From Chromera velia (Eukaryota), in assembly GCA_018398765.1 (NCBI GenBank), contig JAHBMJ010000262.1, positions 1 through 51,752 of the forward strand: DNA of 51,752 bases, given 5' to 3'. Made by a program: the position numbers and the translations under genes. How positions within the stretch are numbered: position 1 is the stretch's first letter; the number at the start of each line of letters is the position of its first letter. The notes beneath the pieces were generated by a model, which worked only from the letters and a program-made list of their open reading frames with translations, was not told the DNA's origin and ran no database searches. This document shows, in pieces, positions 1-12,946 of this stretch.

Positions 1-750
1 GGGAGGGAGGGGGAGGGAGGGAGGGAGGGAGGGAGAGGGAGAGGGAGAGAAGGCAAGCAAGCAGAGAGCACGAGCGTGTGTGAGAGAATTCAGGAGCAAG
101 AGAAAAAAAACACCTCATTTCAGATTCACTGGCCGACACTGTCTCACTCCCGAAGTGATGCAAACCAGAAGCCAATACGAATCAGAACAGATTCGACAGA
201 AAGGTACAGCGTGCACGCAGCGCAGAAACTTCAGAGTCGTCTAGAGCGCAGAACGTATACGAGAGAAGTAGCTAGAGGAAGAGAACGTCAGGAGAAGAAA
301 GATGAGAACAAAAAGAGCGAAATACAGAGAGATAGAAGGGAGAAGAAGAAACAGAAAGACAAGCGTATTCATGCATGTCGGAATCAAATTGGAAAACAAT
401 GAACGACTGCGGTCACTTTTTCAGTCTTGGCCCTTTCTTTCGACTAGGCAGTCTAGCTCTTCAGTGTTCCTCCTGACCCAACCTCGCATGCATACACCTC
501 CTGACAGACACCGACAGAAAGAGGCTGGTCTGTCAGAAAAAAGCAAGGCACACAAGGAGTGCGGGGACGCCCAGCTGCCTTCCCTGACCAAGAAGGAAGA
601 GCAGAATGCACACCCCCGGCAGGTCAAGCTCAGTGTTCGACTTCCACTCCTCACACGATGGATAGATCCAGACCAGTGAGTCGCTTCGCTTCCCTGCTGC
701 TCTGTCTCATCCGTGCGATTGCTGTATAGAAAAATGGCTTGAGGGTCTCT

Positions 751-1502
751 TCAGTGGTAGTCTCTCAACCCGAATGGGATGTGGGAGATGGCTGCCTTCT
801 TCTTTTTCAGCAGAGTGCCTGCCCATATGTTCGACAGTTGGTGGATTGGCCTTCTGTTCATGAAGTGTGAGATTTGGGATGGTTCGTCCACAATGTGGAT
901 TGTCCGTTTCTTCTGGTGGTACTCTACGTACCCTGGCCGCACGGCGTGGATCGTGCGCTGCTTCCCCTCGCATGCCCCCTCTCCTGCGTACCACTTATTC
1001 CCGCACTGCTTGAAAATGATTTGGCCAGGCATCACCCTGCAGGCAGGCAAAGAGACAGACAAAAACAAACACACAATGAGAGCAAGAGAGAGATGCTAGC
1101 AGAAAAGCTCCAATCAGGCCCCGTCAGACCGCCAGTGAAGTGCACCGCTTTGCGAGTGAGACGGAGAAAGAGGGAGACGCTAACAGACAAAAGAGTGAAG
1201 GAAGGAGAGACACAAGGGTCCCTCATCCAGAGACGCTGCTGAAAGACGACTGACCACTGCCCCGGACCCTTCTTGGCTCCTCGGTACTGCGCGTTGGAGT
1301 CTCTTCCGTTTTTGGCAACGCTTGTCCCCTTTTTGTGAGCCTCCAAAACAGTACAGACGTCGTCGACACAACTCACAGCATAGTCGGTCAGGCCCCTCTT
1401 GAGAAAAAAGTTGTGCACCGCTGGAGAAGGACGCAACAGGAATCCTTCACTCAGCAGGGCCCCGAAGAGAGCCCCAAGAGCGAGGAGAAGGAACTGCCTC
1501 AT
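751..1502 (-). CDS. rpl27: Nucleus-encoded plastid ribosomal protein bL27, 177 aa, 2 exons (1502-1255, 1036-751)
   Basis: L27 signature AHKKGTSVAKNGRDSNAQYRG...V.PGQII.KQ.G.KW..GEG...G...TI.A...GYV.Y. Intron 1254-1037 (GTCAGT...CTGCAG) joins in phase (TG|G = Trp). The N-terminus is a hydrophobic signal peptide ending SEG|F followed by a transit-like segment, typical of complex-plastid import. Confidence 0.93.
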
Positions 1503-2047
1503 GGGGACAGACAGACTGACAAGGCGGGGCTTTGCCCTCCGTCAAAGCAACAGTTGTCTCGCTCGTTTGTCTCGAGATTGGTAGACGGGTCCGTTTACTC
1601 AGGTACAGGTGTCACAAACATGTATTAATGGAGGACCATGGATGCAATGAAGAGTCGTGCTGCAGTCTTCTTTTCTGGCAGAGTGTGTTTGGCGCTGGCA
1701 TTGACCGCCGTTGGTTTGGACATGTCAGATTGGACGTCCGGACTGATTCCGCTATGATTCCGCTGATCATGTCGCGGGTGCAGGGGTTTCTTTCAAAACT
1801 CGAGTTTAATTGGCACGCGCGAAAAACGCCTCAAAATTCCTCTTTCAACCCTGAAAATTTTGCGCCTGCGCGCGAAAATTACAAAAAACTTGAAACTCGA
1901 GTTTTGAAGGGTCACGTTCCGTATTTTTTTTTTTTGCCTTGAAATTCTTGCACTCCGGGTGACCCGTCTACGCAAAGAGCACAGAAAGTTTTCTGAGATC
2001 TCCTCAGAGCTATATAGTGCTGGTAAGGAGCGCACTCGAAGTCTGTC
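1503..2047. promoter_or_regulatory. Putative bidirectional promoter between rpl27 and the Rpp14-like gene
   Basis: Divergent ATGs at 1502 (-) and 2048 (+). GCGCGAAAA (E2F-like) at 1817-1825 and 1870-1878, TATATAG at 2011, and a 16-bp inverted repeat at 1792-1807/1893-1908. Confidence 0.55.
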
Positions 2048-3298
2048 ATGACTGATGAGGGTTCCGCCGACCTGATCGAATTAGCAATCGATCGGTGCAC
2101 CTCCTCTCTCTTGCTGTTTTGGGGGACTTCTTTAAAATTGTAGTTCGTATGTAAGTCTTTGCCGTCTCCTTCTCCTTTGGGTCCTCTGTGCTGTGGTACC
2201 GGGGCATCTGAAGGATCCCTTGGTTGTCAATGAAGGAGCAGGTGCAGCTGACCCTGGAGAGCTACTTTCTCAAGGTGACAGTGTCAGTCTCTGCTCCCTA
2301 ACATACAATCAGACGATGCCCCCGCCGTCTCCTCACTCATCGTTCAGGAAAGAGACAAAGTCCTTTCACTTCTTCCCGCTGTCCTCATGGCTGTTTTCTC
2401 TATCCTTTGTTGTATGCAGGGACGGCGTTTCTGAGGATGAAGTGGAGCTGTTGACCTTTGAGGCCTATCTCAGAGCAGCCGTGCAGAGCCTCCTCGGGGC
2501 GGTTGGAGGCGCCTCGTGTGCATTCGAAGTCATCAAGTTCTACCCAAGTACCAGAACTGCTATACTGAGGACCACAAGAAAGTGAGCAGACTTCTTTTTT
2601 TTGGAAGACGAAAGGGGTAAGCAGGGGGGCAAACAAGGAGCGAAGGCAGAAAGGAAAGAGGAAGGGAAGTGGGAAAGAACGAAAACAGAGAAGAAGAAAC
2701 AATGGGTAGAGGAGGGAAGGGGCAAAGAAAGGGCTGAAGGAAGGAAAGACGGAAGTGAGAAAAAGGGGGAATAAGCAAGAGTCGAAAGATGAACGGACAC
2801 AAGAAAAGGGCGAACGCCCTTAGTCCGTGCTTGACCTTCCCGTCTCTCTGGACATTGACACGTATGCTTGTTCCTCTTCTGACACGTGCGCCATTTGAAA
2901 GCATGTTGACACATACGGTGCAACGAGCGAAGAAAGACAGACGACCGACGGACCAACTGAAGGAAAGAAAGAGAGAAGAAAGGACGGAAGGAGGGAGGGC
3001 AGGAAGGAAGGAATGCAAGAAGGAAGGGGAAGGAAAGACGGAAGCATCGCTGGCACACGGTCCACTTCTCTGCTGCTGAGTATGGCTGAAAAAGATCGAG
3101 TTAACACCCAAAAATCTCTTCTGGTGGCCGTTCCTTTTTTTTCTGACTTTTCAGCCTTTTCTCTCTCCTTCTTTCTCTGCATGCAGGGCAGCAACCTCAC
3201 TTCGGTCCTGTCTCTCTCTCTTCGTTCCGATGGTCGGAGGCAAACCGGGCAGGCTTCGGGTCACTCAGGCAGCCTCGTGTCTTGCATCCCTTGCATAA
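2048..3298 (+). CDS. RNase P/MRP subunit, Rpp14/Pop5/Pop8-like, ~106 aa, 3 exons (2048-2094, 2420-2581, 3187-3298)
   Basis: Spliced product ...LTFEAYLRAAVQSLLGAVGGASCAFEVIKFYPSTRTAILRTTRK|AATSLRSCLSLF...GKPGRLRVTQAASCLASLA* matches the family pattern (helix-LFG..G, AILR strand, C-terminal RV...S..L). The second intron is in phase (AA|G). The exon-1 donor is uncertain (GTGCAC 2095 vs GTAAGT 2151). Confidence 0.72.
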
Positions 3299-3401
3299 CA
3301 AATAGGCACTGGAAAGCGATAGGAGAGAGCAGACAGAAACTCCAGGAAAGTACAAAAAAACATGTGCACTGTTGTTGATGCAGAGGGGCATCTGCTTCTC
3401 C

Positions 3402-3640
<239 letters not shown>

Positions 3641-3939
3641 TGTGTGCACTCGACGCATGCGTGCCCTTCCAACCCCGTGGAAGGTTTCTCGTTTTGTTGT
3701 TTTTTTAGTTTCGCTCACCCGTGCTTCTTATTGGAAATGATGCGTCCGGGATGCGTCTCCCCTTCCTCCCTTTCCTGCATCTCCCCCTTCTCCGTATCAA
3801 GCAAAGCGGGCTATGCAAAGCGTGACTCCCCCATTCTTCCCAGGCCCTTTTTCCTAACTGGTTCCGAGGGGCCGCTCTCTTCTCTCTTCTGTGTTGTCTT
3901 CTTTTTTGTCTGTGTCTATGGTAGTCTATGGTCCCGTTC

Positions 3940-4340
3940 ATCTCTAGCTATATCTAGTTACGAAGTCTCCTATAAAAAAATTCTTTTAGAATTATCAATC
4001 ATCACACTTTGTTGTGGACCAATTTGTGGAAAGTTACCAAATACACCTAGAAACGCACATTCAAAACTAGATTGAAAATAGTAGATTCAAAGTTATGCCT
4101 AGAGTTATGCTACGTCTAGAGATTATATAAAATTATAATAAAACCATATGATCCATGGTCCATACAAAACCAAAACTTAAACTTGCACTTCGTAATATCT
4201 ATATATATTGCTAGATAGATTGATTAACATGATTTACATTCTGATCTAAGTAGATCCTCTAGTAGATCCCAAACCAGATCGTTCAAACTTTTATGATTTG
4301 TGAATGCATGGTTCTGCCAGGTTCCTCTTTATAAACACCT
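3940..4340. other. AT/TpA-rich intergenic island between convergent genes, possibly a decayed repeat
   Basis: Abrupt fall in GC, dense CTAG/TAGA/TATA words, no credible ORF. Confidence 0.5.
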
Positions 4341-4479
4341 ACGGCAAAGTTCATTCCTCTCAAAGCTGGCCTCAGACACTCAAGTGACTCAACCGGAAAA
4401 CTTAAAATTAAAAGGGCAGCAGGCGCTGCCATCTATAAAGGAAAAGACGTACAAACCCATCAATTGACGGCCGTTGCCG

Positions 4480-6285
4480 CTATCTGTCCCCTTCTCTTTT
4501 CGGCCCCCCCCCAGCTGCAGATCCCGACACCGGACCGCCCTCACAGACGACCCCCATATCCGGTGTCACGTGGCAGTGCTCGAGGGCCTCTGCCATCTCC
4601 TTCCTCTCATTCGGCATAAACAGAAGAGGAAACATGCCGATCAGACAACCCACAGAAATGCCCAGCTGAGAGCAAGGGGGGGGGGGGGAGAAAGAGCACA
4701 GGGCAGCAGGTTCTACAGGAAGGAATGCACATGGAAAAACACGCTCACAGAGGGTGCGTCCTCCAATCGAGCAAATCATCTCGAACACTGTCCAACTTTC
4801 AATACCAACTGGCCCCCTGAACTGTCATTTGAACAACTCAATAAATAGAAGTTGCGGAGAACAAGAAAGAAAGACACAACCATTTACAGAATACAGACAA
4901 AGGAAACGTTCAAATACTTCCACCCACCCACCAATGATCCCGCAACGTGATGGTTCTTCACAGAGCGTGACTCCGTCTGAGCGGGTGTCAGTTGGGGGGA
5001 CGGGACACCTGCAGGCGAATTCATTCACGGCAAAGACAAAATGGAGGCCGATGGAAAGAGGTCAAATTGATTGAACAGGCGTGGGAAGCAATGAAAGTAA
5101 ATGGAAAGGAGTGCATTTCAAAAACGAGAGGACAGATTGTGGAGTGCGTATTTTGGTGCATCTGAATCGGTGCGAGAGAAAGGGAGCGGGGAGTAGCGAG
5201 GAAGGACAGCACATCGAATGAACCAACGGGCCTCAAGGGGGCGGCCAAAAAACAATCAGCGTAGGGAATAGGAAACGTCTGACTCCACAGAAGATCTGAA
5301 GAGGGTCACCGAGACCCAGAGGGACAGATCTGGGGGACCGCACTTTCTTTCTGCGTTTTGTAACAAAGCGCATACAGCCTGACTCAGAACGTTGACGGAC
5401 TGTCTGCCTTGCCATCGGCATCAGCAGCAAAGCAACAGACAGAGCAACATCCAAGCCTGGTCGTCTCCTTCATTCGTTCTCTGTCCTCTTCTGTGTATCT
5501 GTCTATCTGTTTGTCTGTCATATAGTCTGTGAGAAGGAGTGACATGAAAGACACTGTGCAACTTCCTGTCTGCGTATCTCTGTGTGCGGTCCCTTATGTC
5601 GGATTCATTGTCAAGCTGTCTCTCTCCCCCCCCGTCTGTCTGTCTGTCTAAACACGTGTCAATCCATCCATCTTTCTCTGTGTGTGCCTCTCTCTGTATC
5701 ATTCCAACTGACCGACCAAATTTAGAGGCAAAACGCTCAATGAACCCCCCCGTGAGTACACCAGTTGCACACGACAGCATGTTTCCGAGGCCCGCAGCCT
5801 GAGAGCAACCAGACAAAACAAATAAGGGAGAGAGAGAAGGACAACAACACTAACGTTGCACTGACCAACTCAGAAGCACGGGCACTGGATACCGGCCACC
5901 ATCAGAGCAATTCATGAACTTGCGAAGAGGAGAAAAAGGCGACAGACGGCCAGCCCTCTTCCGTCAAACTTCCAGAGAGGAGAGAGGCACGCAGGGAGGG
6001 AAAAGGATAGAGAGGAAGGGAAGGATCCCTCCTTTGCAGTGGCGCTCCTTGATTCCTTCCAGCTTGGCCACCCCGCAGTCAGGAGGCAAAAACGAAGACA
6101 CACGACAGAAAACAGAAGTCTGATGGGAACAAACGCACAGAAAACCGCACGCATGGACGCACACGCAAATGCACACACGCACATACAGAGGGGGGGGAGG
6201 GAAAGACAGACACACACACGCCAGTCACTCGCGGAGCAGGACATTCACAGATGCACGGCCGCCAGCACTTCTTGCAAAACACATC

Positions 6286-6324
<39 letters not shown>

Positions 6325-7434
6325 GAGAGAGAAAAACACCTTTCCAAACCCTTGGTGCATTATGAGCGCAAAAGAAGCTTAAAAGGTTATGTGCGCCGAG
6401 CAGAGAGGAAGCACAAAGACCGCTGCATGCACACCCTGCCTCCCTGCCTGCCTCCTTGACGCACCGCCATTGTCGAGAGCATGAACTTTCTGCCGATGGT
6501 CGAGTCAATGTATTCACCGAACAGAATCATCAACCTGTACGCACGGAGAAAGTCGAAGGAAGATAAGACTGACAGACATTAGGAGAAAGGATCAAAGCCC
6601 GGACAGCAAGACAGTCCAAAAAGACATGCGAATCACACTTTGATGAGGGATGAAGAAAAAAGGGAGTGCGACACCGTTGCATGCACACAAAAAGAGGGCC
6701 CTTTTAGGAAACACAACAGCCAAGAACCGCAGAGTTCCTCAAACATTGCTGTGAAATGAAAAAGAGGAAGGAGAATCCATCCGTACTCGAAAGAGACATG
6801 TCATCTCATAATTGCCGCGTGAAAGGAAGACGAGCAGAATTACCTGCGGTTGGTAACAAGATAAAAAAAGACGGACTGACGCATTATCACAAAATCCAAA
6901 TCCTATGGTCGGAAGCATTCCTCTCACAAACACCCGCATCAACTGTCTTGAAGAGGGAGGAGGCACCGCCTTCCCATCCGGGTCTCTGGCATCGGCCAGC
7001 AGTTTATTGTACCACCCCACAAACTCCCATTTATTCAAACGGCCATCCCGATCCAGGTCCAGTGCCTCAAAAGCCTTTTCACCACACTTATGGTCCGGGT
7101 TCTCTGCGTGTGACATCTCGGCCAACACAGCCAACATCCGTCTCCGACCCTCAGGGGTGATGTGTCCGACTGCATCTCTGAGGGTCTCAGTGTCGCCCGA
7201 CACTTTGGAGAGGGTCTCTAGGTCCTGCTCTGTCAACGCTTCCTTTCTTGATGAAGGGGCAGGGCCGCTGGAGGATGTGGCGAAGGTGCGACAGTGTCGT
7301 GAAGATGCAGAAGGGTCAAGAGGGGAGATCAAGGGAGACCGGAAGGCGAAACTCCGTGTTGCCACCGTGCTAGGACAACTCGGCACGGAGAGTTGCGTCC
7401 GTGGCACACGAGGGATCAGCCTTCGACAGAACAT
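4480..7434 (-). CDS. TMEM65: Mitochondrial TMEM65-family membrane protein with N-terminal EF-hand, 322 aa, 5 exons (7434-6881, 6534-6465, 5798-5717, 5008-4932, 4665-4480)
   Basis: Spliced LPTIGFGFCDNALMILFGEYIDSTIGRKFMLSTMAAAGLGNMLS...IERFASKFGVPSPQLTPAQ...GSLLGISVGCLIGMFPLLF reproduces the TMEM65 motifs. EF-hand loop DLDRDGRLNKWEF. Arg/Ser-rich, acid-poor N-terminus resembles a mitochondrial presequence. All four introns are GT..AG and in phase (969 nt total). Confidence 0.9.
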
Positions 7435-7979
7435 CGCACAGACAGGTGCCTGGGGGGAACAAGTCAGTCTCTCGCTTTCAGTCTGTCTGGATGGGCAGAG
7501 GAGTCACCGAGATCAAGTCTCTGCCGCACCACTACAGCTCTTGCAGGTCCTTTGCATCCAAATTTGTCTGACAGCTGGCGAAGAAGAGAAGGAAGCTGCG
7601 CTCAGGGTTTAGAAGTGCACCGTGTGCACTATGTGTGCACTCAAGCCCACTGTCACTGACTCCGCTCAGTGCTAGAGTGGCTTTCATAGTAGGGCCCCGG
7701 CCGTCTCCTCAAACATGTATGCACCGGCGGCCGGGCCGCGGCCCTTGCAGCAGCAATGCAGCTAGCGCGATCCCGCGCGGACCCCGACCACTCGACTGCA
7801 TATATCGACGGCGGCTTCAAGCTCTGAAGAATGATGATTTAGCAGCGGCAAGCTAGGCAGCTCAGCGGCAGAAACATCAATTAAGAACCGCATGCAACAA
7901 AAACTTGCAGACAAAACGATCAGGGGTAGGGAAGTCATGATCGAAATGGCCGAAATACAAACCCAGACTTTAGTGACAG

Positions 7980-8620
7980 CTAACAGATATTTCTTATGAG
8001 ATGTTTCTTATGACGAGAAACAACACTTTCACTAAAACTTTCGAATTATTCCATATCTCACTCTTTGTATACAAACAAAAAGTGTTTTTAAACCTTCAGA
8101 CTTCAAAAAGAAAACGTAAGAAAACACATGCAGTTGTTAGCGCGTTTAATGTGTTTTACTGTGTTTGTGTAACTCTAGTTTTAGTTAGCTTTAGTTGGTT
8201 AGTTAGTTAGTCGACTCATTGCTTAGTTTTTTTTTTTTTTTAAGTTTGGTTAGTTAAACGGGCGGTTGTATATTCAAAGTTACAAACAGTCAATCAAATA
8301 TAAGTAGAGTTTTTTTTTTTGGTTTGTAACGTTTAATTTCAAAGTTTCCTTTTCTATGGTTCTTTTTTTTCTAACGACCACGCATTATTAGTCAACATAT
8401 AAATTTGGCCAATTATTTCTTTTTTTTCAATTTTAACTGGGCCTTACATGTACTACATTGTTTAGAAATACCAGCTAGGATACCAGGTTTTACTAGGTAC
8501 TAAGTACTTTTATGCAAGCTGAAAGGCGAGCTAGGATGTAAGTATGTAATTTCTAGATATAATTTAATTAGTATGTAATGGATAAAATTGAAAGAAGTTG
8601 AAGTCTAGGTTGAAGCACGG
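7980..8620. other. AT-rich non-coding island with poly-T and (TTAG)n-like runs
   Basis: Composition shift, TTAGTTAG repeats at ~8180-8255, poly-T tracts, no credible ORF. Confidence 0.5.
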
Positions 8621-9399
8621 AGACGAGGCTTACTCAACGTACCCTGCTTTTATGATCGTATGAAGCCAAGCGTGCAATACACCTTAAATTATTCATGACA
8701 ATCTCTCGCCGACTCTTGGCATTTGACAGGGGACATGCACAAAAAACGTGGCACGCAGCGACTGCCGTCATCAAGTGTGTGGTCTCGCAGCCCAGCTCTT
8801 GACCAATAGCTGCAGACAAAGTGCACCGCACAAACAACCCCCAAAGGACCGCAAGCTGCTTTTTTCCCCATAAATTTCTGCATCTGCACACAATGGGGAC
8901 AGTACTTTCAGCCATTGCACTGGCATTTCACGCAGGGCTGATTACAAGAAAGGCACGGCAAATTGATATCAGGGTGATCAAAGTAGGTGATCAAAAGACG
9001 TTAGAGATGACCCAACAAGAAGGATCGATGCATAAACGGAAGCAGGTGCAACATGAAAGAAAAATAATTTACGGCATACGTTTGCCAAAGAAGAAACAAA
9101 GAAGCATGATGGTCAATGAGGAAGTGGAAGCTGAAACAAATTTAAAGACTAAAGCCTCTTTGTGCACGTGCCCTTCCGTGGGCCCGTTGAGCACAGAGGC
9201 AAAACAGGAAATTGGCAGCTTGCAAAAGGAGAGCGAATGGCTGAGAGCTAGAAAAAGGCATGCAGGTCGTTCCATGATACTTCCATCCGCCCTGGATCGC
9301 GAGTCGGATCGATGTGTGTGGCCGATTGCTTCCTTCTTGTACATTAGGTGTACGTTCTGTTCAGCATAATGGCCACCTCGTCTTCCAATCAGAAGAAGT

Positions 9400-10130
9400 A
9401 TGAAGAGGCGAAAAGGAGGGTTTAGGGCACCCAGAGCCCAACCATTTGACCTGAAAGGGCAGGGACACATAGAAGGTGACCTGCAGGAGGCTCTGGAGGA
9501 AAGAGGGAGACGGACGGTCACCTCTCTCTATGTGGACTTTCGACTCTCAATTCCTTTTCTTCTCTTCTTGCTTTCTTTTTTTTTTTCGGTTAGTCTTTGT
9601 GCATCACCATATGAATGGATGAACACAAATTTCTTTCTGATCCAAACCGAATCAGATTCTTCTTGGGAAGCGCGATCGTCTAACGGAAGGCCTACCAGCA
9701 ACAGCTAAGAGAAAGATCTCCTGACCTAATCTGGCGAGTTGGTGGGAGGGAAGCGCGATCGATCGTCTAACGGAAGGCCTACCAGCCACACCTCCTCCGT
9801 CTTTTTCTTTTCCGTTTTTTTGTTCTTCGTTTTGCAAATGATGAGAGAAGCGAGCCCTTTTCTTCATCTCAATTTTCCTTTTCGTCCCCTTGTGTGACTT
9901 TTTGGCAGATTACACGGTGGTATGACTCTGACGAAAAGAAATGATCAAGGCTCACCAAGCAGACATAGGAACAATTCCCGCCTGATCTCATGGTTGTCCG
10001 CGTTTTCTTCTCTCTGTACTCAATCTCTTCTTCAATGCCAGTCTCCGTGTTGTCCTCCAACTTTCGCTTCGCTGACCGTCTCTCTCAGAAGAGCATCGCA
10101 ACTTCTGTGCTGGTTTCTGGAGACGCGTAA
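9400..10130 (+). pseudogene. Decayed multi-exon gene-like segment, product unknown
   Basis: Purine-rich exon-like blocks bounded by polypyrimidine/CAG acceptors (9655, 9909, 10088) and GT donors (GTAAGT ~10127). The blocks carry in-frame stops (ILLGKRDRLTEGLPATAKRKIS*, ITRWYDSDEKK*SRLTKQT*EQFPPDLM). Confidence 0.3.
9665..9786 (+). repeat. 35-bp direct duplication, second copy with an extra GATC
   Basis: GGGAAGCGCGATCGTCTAACGGAAGGCCTACCAGC at 9665-9699 and the same sequence plus GATC at 9748-9786. Confidence 0.92.
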
Positions 10131-12946
10131 GTAAAAAAGAAAATAAAAGGAAAGCTCCAGCCAGTGAAGAAGAGGAAAGACAGACAACATTTGTCACCGG
10201 AAGTTTCCGCTTCTCTTTTCTTGGCTCAAGGATTTCTGAAATCTATATCCATCGAACCTCATCGCGTGAATGGACAAACATGCAGTGTCGTGTCACGATC
10301 AACACACATGCACCGTCTGTTTATCCCCTATCTTCGCATCTCTTCTTTTTTCTGCATTTGGGCAAAGCCAACAGAGTGTGATTCCATACAAAAGAAACGA
10401 TCTACACGCGCCGAGTGCACGAGCCGCCTCTTCTCTTCTGTTTTCTCCTCTCACAGCCCTCGTGCTCCTTTCCTCTGCCCCCTGACACTCTCTTTTTCTC
10501 TTCTTTTTTATCAAAAGAGCGTCGCAGCTGCTGGGCAAACCAAGTAACTTGAAAAAAAAAAGAGAAACAGAAAGAACCCCCAAAACAAAAAAAGGGGAAA
10601 GGCAAGAATCCTCCACGGGCCCAGGCACCCAGAGAAAGGAGGAGAGGGAGTATGTGGAAAACGAGAGAACGAAAAAGAAAACGAAATGAAAGCTCCCTTT
10701 TTTAAATTTTCTCTCTTTCTCTTCAAGACAGGACTCGGATTCCATCTTTGCGGTGCTCTTTTGAACGCGTGAATAACTGAAGACGGGCCTGCGGATGCGT
10801 CTGAGTGACTTACTTGGATCGTGCGCCGCCCAAAGAGGAGACACAGTTTACGCACGACAATGCCAGCAGAATCAGATTCTTCCCGCTTTTTGGAGCTCTG
10901 CATGCATGCCTTTTCTCCGCCACTTTTTTTTCGTGTTCTTTCTCTTTTTCTGCGTAGACAGAAGAATATGAAGAACGACGAGGATGAGAACATTCCTTTC
11001 CCGTATGCGTTTGTTTTTCCTCTTCTCTGCGTAGCTTCGGCAGGTGAACAGCGGTGCAACTCTGATCAACTCTGCCGAAAAAGAAGGATGGGGCCCTGCC
11101 AATGCATGGCATAACAGCACAGAGAATGCCCATGCTTTTTTCTCCTCATTGCCTGTCCTCCAAACCCATCTCCTGTAGCAGTGACCAGTCTCCGTTTTTT
11201 CTCGCTCTCTCTTTTGACTATTGCATTTCAAGTAATCAAAACGTGGATGAAAAGGAAGAGAGCAAGAAAAAGGCTCGACCGACTTGAAACGCAAACCGAA
11301 GGGAGCAAACAAAGAGAGAGAAAAACAAAAACATAGAAAAAGGAATGTGAGGGGAAGAGCCTGCGTGCGTCTAATGAAAAAGAAGTGACCAAGGTTGTTT
11401 TCGCGAAGAGCAGAAAAGATGCTAGATGGAGTGTATACTGACAGCGCAGACAACGGCACTGAGCCATAGATGCGGCCCGAGTGTCTGGTTGACTGCCTCT
11501 CTTGCATGATGGCATTCTACAAGACTCTCTGAATGCCAAAGGAAAAGGGACAGATTGCAGGTTGAATTTACGGAGAAAAATCCATGGATTTAAGAACCTC
11601 TCTTCCTGTACCATCTGTGATCGAGGGTCATGGTCCGACCAAAAGTCTCTCCTTCATTCAGAAGAAGGCAGAAAAGGTTCTGCCTTAATTCCTGCTCACA
11701 CATGACTCACAAGTGGTGCATGGACAAAACAGCTGCTTCCTCAATACCGTCTTCGTACCTCCCGTGCCCCTCTTCTTCTTTCCCCCAGATTCAGAGAAGA
11801 GAGCAACCTTTTAAAAGGCAAACAAAAGAAGATAGAAACGGACAATGTGTCTACTGAGCACAGTCCTCTTCTTTAAATTTCCCTTTAAGTCTTCCCGACT
11901 CCTTTGGCATTCCGCTTCCACACGTTTGTTGCGTGGCATCCGAATGCGCATGTCCATGAATTCATTCATTCATTCATTCATCCATTTATTCATTTGTTCT
12001 CATACCCTCCCTCCCCTCACATGGAAAACCCACACACCCCCTCCCTCTGCCAGCCCAGATCCTCACCGTACGTCTGCACAATTCCCGTCTCCACGAATTA
12101 ATGCATGTACAGCTTTCCTCAGGTGTGAATGCATGAGAGGAAAAAGAGAGGCAACAAAGACGAAAGGACCGACAAGCAAACAGACTTCTGAATCCCCAAT
12201 GCAACCCCAGAATGCCCCCTTGAGTTGCGTTGCACAATCTGAAATCACATCAAGCAAGCGCCAATGCTGCGAGTGCCCCTGCATGCATAGTGGACTGCAG
12301 GCCATTGACAAGACCATCCAAGACTGTTGGCTTTGTCACATCCTGAGGCTCGTGTTTTTTGGGTCTTGTGCTGCATGCATGAGCCTTTCTGTTTGCTTGT
12401 CTTGCACACAGCCTTGCCATCGGGGTGCAAACTTTCATCAATGAGGAAGGAATCCCATGGCACGAGCGAGGTTCTCGGGTCTCTCGATAAACAACGTCGC
12501 CATCCGGTCTCTCTTCGCGTCTTTTCCTTTTCTCCGAGACGACATTGCGTTGAATACAGAGCCCGGCACACAGACCGGCACACAGGACACGCGACACCCC
12601 CGCTTCCATACCACCATGGCCTCACAACAAAACGCAGGAAGACATGCAGTGCAGTCCCACATGCTTGAATGCGGTCTCTCCTCCCCTCCTGCCCAGGCAC
12701 ATCGAAAACCTCTTGCATCATGGACCGTGCCGGCACGTATCGATGAGTGTCAGACAGATGGACAGGCTGAGGCTGTACAAAACAACGTCTGTCCTCTGCC
12801 ATTCCACCACGAATTTGTCCCCAAGAAAAAACAAAACTCCCAACTTGAATCCTGAAGGCTGCAGACGGACACAGAGATCGAGAAAATCCGTGACTCACGC
12901 GCCTTTTCATCTCTCTCAAAAGTCGGCTCACAGCCTCTCTTTCGAG

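Noticed and set aside
5233..5460. Possible extra TMEM65 exon (LDVALSVALLL...)
   Set aside because: Exons 5798-5717 and 5008-4932 already join in phase to give the conserved FG.P.P.LT motif.
10500..12930. Exon-like fragments on the minus strand (e.g. ~10897-10814)
   Set aside because: Could not be joined into a phase-consistent or recognisable protein.
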